Source: Octopus vulgaris (taxonomy: Eukaryota). Taken from it: 64,000 nucleotides of DNA. Shown here piece by piece: positions 58,522 to 64,000 of the stretch. Within the stretch, counting starts at the first letter, position 1. Each line of letters opens with the position of its first letter. The translations under genes and the position numbers were made by a program. The stretch is from assembly GCA_951406725.2 (NCBI GenBank), contig OX597824.1:80786001-80850000 (forward strand), in the 5' to 3' direction. The notes below the pieces were generated by a model, which worked only from the letters and a program-made list of their open reading frames with translations, did no database searches and was not told where the DNA came from.

Positions 58522-59383
58522 CATCATTTGATATAGTTCCACTCTACCTAACAGCACCGAGTACTTTCTTTCGCTCAATTGCGTTTCACACCCGTGTGAT
58601 ACGATCATTCGTTACATAGAAACGCTTTCGCGAGAGAGATACACGAACGCACGCGCACACACACACAATCAAACAAATACAAACACACGCATGTGATATA
58701 CAAGCGTTTATTGCAAGTTTGTAACTTAAAAGAAACCAAAAGACAAAAATGGTAAAATCAAAAAAAAAAAAAACCCAGAAAAACAAACACCAATTACTCG
58801 TGCGCCAATATTGAAAGAACAAAGAATACAGAATACAGGAATAGAGAATAGAGAATAGATAGAGAATAAAATAAACGAAAGAAAGAGAATGAAAGAACGA
58901 AAGAATCAACGAACGAAACGGGTGAAGAACAAAGCTGGAAAACAATGCGAAAACGGAGGAATAAATGTCAATTTAGTGTAATACTAACAGTACAAGATGA
59001 AAAATAGGGAATAAAAGAAGAAAATGGTAAAAAAAAAAAAGTAGAAGAGAGAAGGGTGTTAAAGAATTAGAAACATTTGCGTTGCTTTTAGCCTTCAAAC
59101 TTCAAAAAGCTTATTCCTCTTTCTGTTTCCTCCTGAAACGAGGCATGCAGAATTTTGGTTGGAAATTCTGCTACGAGACTACTTGCATTCGTTACGAAGT
59201 GTGACATTCGGTATTTAATGCGAGGGCAACGTGACTTAGTTTTGGCTGTCACTAAGGGAAGCGAGCAACAAGAGATAGACGAGTAGGAGGAAGATCGAGA
59301 GAGAGAGAGAGAGAGAGATAGAGAGGGAGAGAGAATGAAAAAGAGAGGGAAGGAGAGAGAGAGAGAGGGGGAAAATGATTATG

Positions 59384-59420
<37 letters not shown>

Positions 59421-59504
59421 TGATGATGATGATGATGATGATAATAATGATGATAAAAGAATAAAAGGAGCAAGAGATATAAAGATATAAAAATGATGAA
59501 ATGA

Positions 59505-59583
<79 letters not shown>

Positions 59584-59957
59584 TAATAATAAAGAAGAAA
59601 AAAGAAGAAGAAGAAGAAGAAGAAGAAGAAGAAGGGGAAGAAGATGAAGAAGAAAGGGAAGGAGAAGAAGAAGAAGAAGAAGAAGAAGAAGAAGAAGAAG
59701 AAGAAATCATAAGCCGCATCGGTAAGACTACAGCTAGCAGTTTCTCTTCATCTTTGTTTCGCGTAGTGATTATCCAAAATGCGCGCAAGCGCAAGCACAG
59801 GTGTTTGCGTGCGCGCGTGTGCGTGTGTGTGTGTGTGTGTGTGCTTGTGTGCGAGTGTGTTTGCTTCTGTGTGCGTGCGTGCGCGTGTGTGTAGCTATTT
59901 ATATGAATGTGTCTATGTATGTATTTCTAAAATACGCACGGATACGCACACTTATAT

Positions 59958-60326
59958 ACTCTTTTACTTGTTTCAGTCATTTGACTGTGGCCATGCTGGA
60001 GCGCCGCCTTTAGTCGAGCAAATCGACCCCAGGACCTTATTCTTTGTAAGCCTAGTACTTATTCTATCGGTTCTTTTGTCGAACCGCTATGTTACGGGGA
60101 CATAAACGCACCAGCATCCGTTGTCAAGCGATGTTGGGTGGGGGGACAAACAGACACACACACACACACACACACACATACATATATTTATATTTATATA
60201 CACATATACGACGGGCTTCTTTCAGTTTCCGTCTACCAAATCCACTCACAAAGTGCCACGCAGTGGGAATGAACTCGGAACCATGTGGTTGGTAAGCAAG
60301 CTACTTACCACACAGCCACTCCTGCG
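59958..60326 (-). mobile_element. SINE family C with internal deletion
   Basis: Lacks the CORE-like segment. A more diverged copy lies at ~60895-61300. Confidence 0.85.
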
Positions 60327-60486
60327 TCATGTACATTTATGTATGTTTGTATGTATGTATATATGTATATTTGTACACACACTCACACACTCAATCATAT
60401 ATGAGTGTGTGTACAAATATACATACAGATATATGAAAATATACATACATTTATCTCTCTCTCAATATATATATATAAACATAGTC

Positions 60487-60872
60487 AAGGTAGAATTGTA
60501 GCACGCCGGGCGAAATGCTTAGCGGTATTTCGTCTGCTGTTACGTTCTGAGTTCAAATTCCGTCGAGGTCAACTTTGCCTTTCATCCTTTCGGGTTCGAT
60601 AAGTTAAGTACCAGTTACGCACTGGGGTCGATGTAATCGATTTAATCCGTTTGTCTGTCCTTGTTTGTCCTCTCTGTGTTTAGCCCCTTGTGGGTAGTAA
60701 AGATATAGGTATTTCGTCTGCCTTCACGTTCTGAGTTAAAATTCCACTGAGGTCGACTTTGCTTTTCATCCTTTCGGGGTCGATAAATTAAGTACCAGTT
60801 ACGCACTGGCTCGATCTAATCGACAGGATCCCTCACCAAAAAAATTAAGGCCTTGTGCATAGAGTAGAAAAG
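60487..60872 (+). mobile_element. SINE family A dimer with alternative terminal tail
   Basis: Head plus two units; last unit ends GGCCTTGTGCATAGAGTAGAAAAGA. Confidence 0.82.
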
Positions 60873-61325
60873 AATATATATAAACATATATTTTATCATT
60901 TATTTGTTTCGGTCACTGGATTGCGGCCATCCTGGGGCACCGTTTTGAAAGTTTGAATTGACCCTTTTTTTAAATCCCGGTACTGATTCTACCGTACTCT
61001 TTTACCGAACTGCTAGGTTACGGGGGCGTAAACAAAACGAAACCGGTTTCAATAGGTGGTGGAGGACAAACACATACACAAAATACACCCCCCACACAGA
61101 CACAAATGCACACATATATATACACATACACAAACGTACATATATGCGACAGGTTTCTTTCAGTTTCCGTATACGAATCTCTCTCTCATAAAGGTTTGGA
61201 CGGATCAAAGCTATAATGAAAGACAATCACTCAAAGTGCCTAGCAATGGGACAGAACCCGGAACCATGTGGTTAGAAAATTAACCTCTTCCCATATAGTA
61301 ACATCTATGTTTCATACACACATAT

Positions 61326-61692
61326 GGTGGAACTCCGTCGGTTGCGACGATGAGAGTTCCAGTTGATCCGATCAAACCTGCTCGTGAAATTAACGTGCAA
61401 GTAGCTGAGCACTCCACAGACACGTGTACCCCTAACATAGTTCTCAGGGAGATTCAGCGTGACACAGAGTGTGACAAGGCTGGCCCCTTTGAAATAAAGG
61501 TACAACAGAAAGAGGAAGAAAGAGTGAGAAAAAAATTGTAGTCGAAAGAGTACAACAGGGTTCACCACAGCACCCCCACCCTGCCGAACCATCGTGAAGC
61601 TTTAAGTATTTTCACTCAATAAACACTGAAAACACTCGGTCTGGGAATCGAAACCGCGATCCTACGACTGTGAGCCCGTTATCCTAACCACC
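61326..61692 (-). mobile_element. SINE family B, diverged
   Basis: Collinear with other B copies. Confidence 0.82.
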
Positions 61693-61699
61693 ATACATA

Positions 61700-61859
<160 letters not shown>

Positions 61860-62731
61860 TATGTATATATGTATGTATATATGTATATATATGTATATAT
61901 ATGTATATATATATATTGTTTCAAATGACTAAAACAAATAAAGAATAAAAGAATATATATATACTGCATTACCTTGCTTATTTTGATATATATATGCATA
62001 TATGCACACACATACACACTCATATATAAATACATATGTACATATATGTAAGAATAGGATTAGGACTATATATATATATATATTTATACACACGTATATA
62101 AGAATATAGCTGGCCAGACATGGCTGACGTAACAGAAACATTCAAACATTTCTCCTTAATAAAACATTGAGCATTAAAACAACTGGTTGCGAATCGTCAG
62201 ATCTTTGAGTGGTTTTATTCCACTTACATTTATGGTTCAATGAAAACAGCGAGCGATGCCTTATAGCTAGGTCGTTTTATTTAAATCGGTTAGGTGACCC
62301 CTCAGTACATTTGTGCACTCAGCAAAGGTTCGGGTGTGGGCAACAACAAAAACATGCTGATATCTTAATGGATCTCTTTTGGTAATGGTAATGGTGGTGG
62401 TAGTGGTGGTAACGATGGTAGGGGAAACAAAAAAAAAAAATCAAAGAGAAAAAAGAAAACTTCAAAGGGGTTATATGTTCCTAAACAATTGTTATATATA
62501 TTGTAATGATTACTAACACAGACGTAAGACAAGTGATTTTAATGGAGGTTATCGTCAATAATATAATATAGCAAAGTGCTGAATCGGAAGATTCATTAGA
62601 GCGATAGATATAATACTTTGTGGCGTTTGTTCCGGATCTCTGCGTTCTGAGTTCAAATCATGTCGAGGTCAACTTTACTTTCATGCTTCCAGGTCGAATA
62701 AATGAAATATCAGTCAAGTACTTTGCTCGCT

Positions 62732-62828
<97 letters not shown>

Positions 62829-63168
62829 TCACACCCACACATTCACTCTTACTCACTCGCTTTTTCTTCTCTGCAAATGAGAAAAGATTTAAAGCGAAGC
62901 GCTGGCAACATTCCTTCATAGAATCACTGATATGTTCCTTGGAAGCTTACAAAGAAAGGGAGATGAAAAAGGCGGTAGAGGAGGAGGATGATGAAAAAAA
63001 GAAGGAGGAGGGAGAAGAGGTGGGGGGGTGAAGAAGCAGAAGAAAAAGAGGAAGAAGAAAAAGAGGGAGGAGGAGAAGAAGAAAAAAGTTGTGGACGAAG
63101 AAAAAGACGGACAGGAAGGAGAGGCAGAGAAAAAAAAGAAGAAGAAGAAGAAGAAGAAGAAGAAGAAG

Positions 63169-63199
<31 letters not shown>

Positions 63200-63499
63200 G
63201 CAAATTTGACCACTGCCAGATTTGGAATCAGCGCAAAGGGCTGCGACTAAATAGGTTTTCTTCTGTTCCATTGCACACACACACACACACACACATGCAT
63301 TTATATATACATAATTATATACATGTATATATCGTATTTATACATACATACATACAGACAGAAACACACTCAGACACACACACACATAGATTAGTGGCAG
63401 ATATTTTCTGTATAGAATACACTTAGTAATGCTCAAGAGATTTGAACTTGAGCTGGAAGAGAAGTAAATGTAAGGATGAGCAAGTCAGGCAAGTCGATA

Positions 63500-63732
63500 C
63501 AGTAATCTCTTGCCATATCGCGGTTTACATATCACGATTCACTTATCGCGGTTTATCATTTAAGCTTCCGTCGATTCCGCCGTGGTGTTGTTTTGCGGTT
63601 ATAATAAAACAAATACATGCAAATTATAAAAATAATTTTAAAAATATGTACAGTACTGTTTCTACTTCGCAGATTTTCCCCTACGCGGGGTGGGTGTGCG
63701 GGGACTGTAGCAGCCGCGATAGTCAATTACTG
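63500..63732. mobile_element. Tc1/mariner-pogo (Tigger-like) MITE
   Basis: Ends CAGTAAT...ATTACTG with ATCGCGG/CCGCGAT further in; TA on both sides (63498-63499, 63733-63734). Confidence 0.72.
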
Positions 63733-63807
63733 TATACAACAAAGTATTAAATACTTCTAATACAAAAAAATGTACATACGTATGCATATATAAAGAAATA
63801 AGGAACA

Positions 63808-64000
63808 TTAACACGCCGGGCATAATGTTTAGCGGTATTTCGTCTGCCGTTACGTTCTGAGTTCAAATTCCGCCTAGGTCGACTTTGCCTTTCATCCTTT
63901 CGGGGTCGATAAATTAAGAACCAGTTTCGCACTGGGATCGATATAATCGATTTAATCCGTTTGTCTGCCCTTGTTTGTCCTCTCTGTGTTTCACCCCTTG
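63808..64000 (+). mobile_element. SINE family A (runs off window)
   Basis: ACGCCGGGC...GAGTTCAAATTCCGCC...GCCTTTCATCCTTTCGGGGTCGAT. Further diverged A copies lie near 11645-11833, 12675-12885, 23335-23510, 23893-24032 and 62575-62725. Confidence 0.82.

Overview
AT-rich eukaryotic, non-coding (intergenic or intronic) DNA. I find no supportable host gene: nearly all ORFs in the track are translations of microsatellites ((TA)n, (TG)n, (TACA)n, (TAGA)n, (AAT)n, (GAA)n) or of interspersed repeats. The repeat landscape looks like an octopus (coleoid cephalopod) genome; this is an inference from recognising the repeats, not a database result. Contents: four tRNA-headed SINE groups, labelled here A, B, C and D, many with clear target-site duplications (TSDs); LINE fragments (CR1/L2-group RT, CR1 3' end, two RTE pieces, an R4/Dong-like endonuclease end); a Penelope-like GIY-YIG fragment; an internally deleted mariner; a non-autonomous Helitron; and hAT- and Tc1/pogo-type MITEs. 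The most notable signal is an apparently intact type I hammerhead ribozyme (30679-30785) inside a non-coding element with a 493-bp period and ~190-bp direct repeats (retrozyme- or Penelope-pLTR-like). Three other loci carry decayed hammerheads. Other signals: a SINE and a LINE sharing a 3' tail with a covarying hairpin, SINE multimers bounded by one TSD pair, head/tail swapping among SINEs, two elements sitting in (TAA)n tracts, and a three-level nested insertion. Coordinates were counted by eye and may be off by a few bases at degenerate ends.
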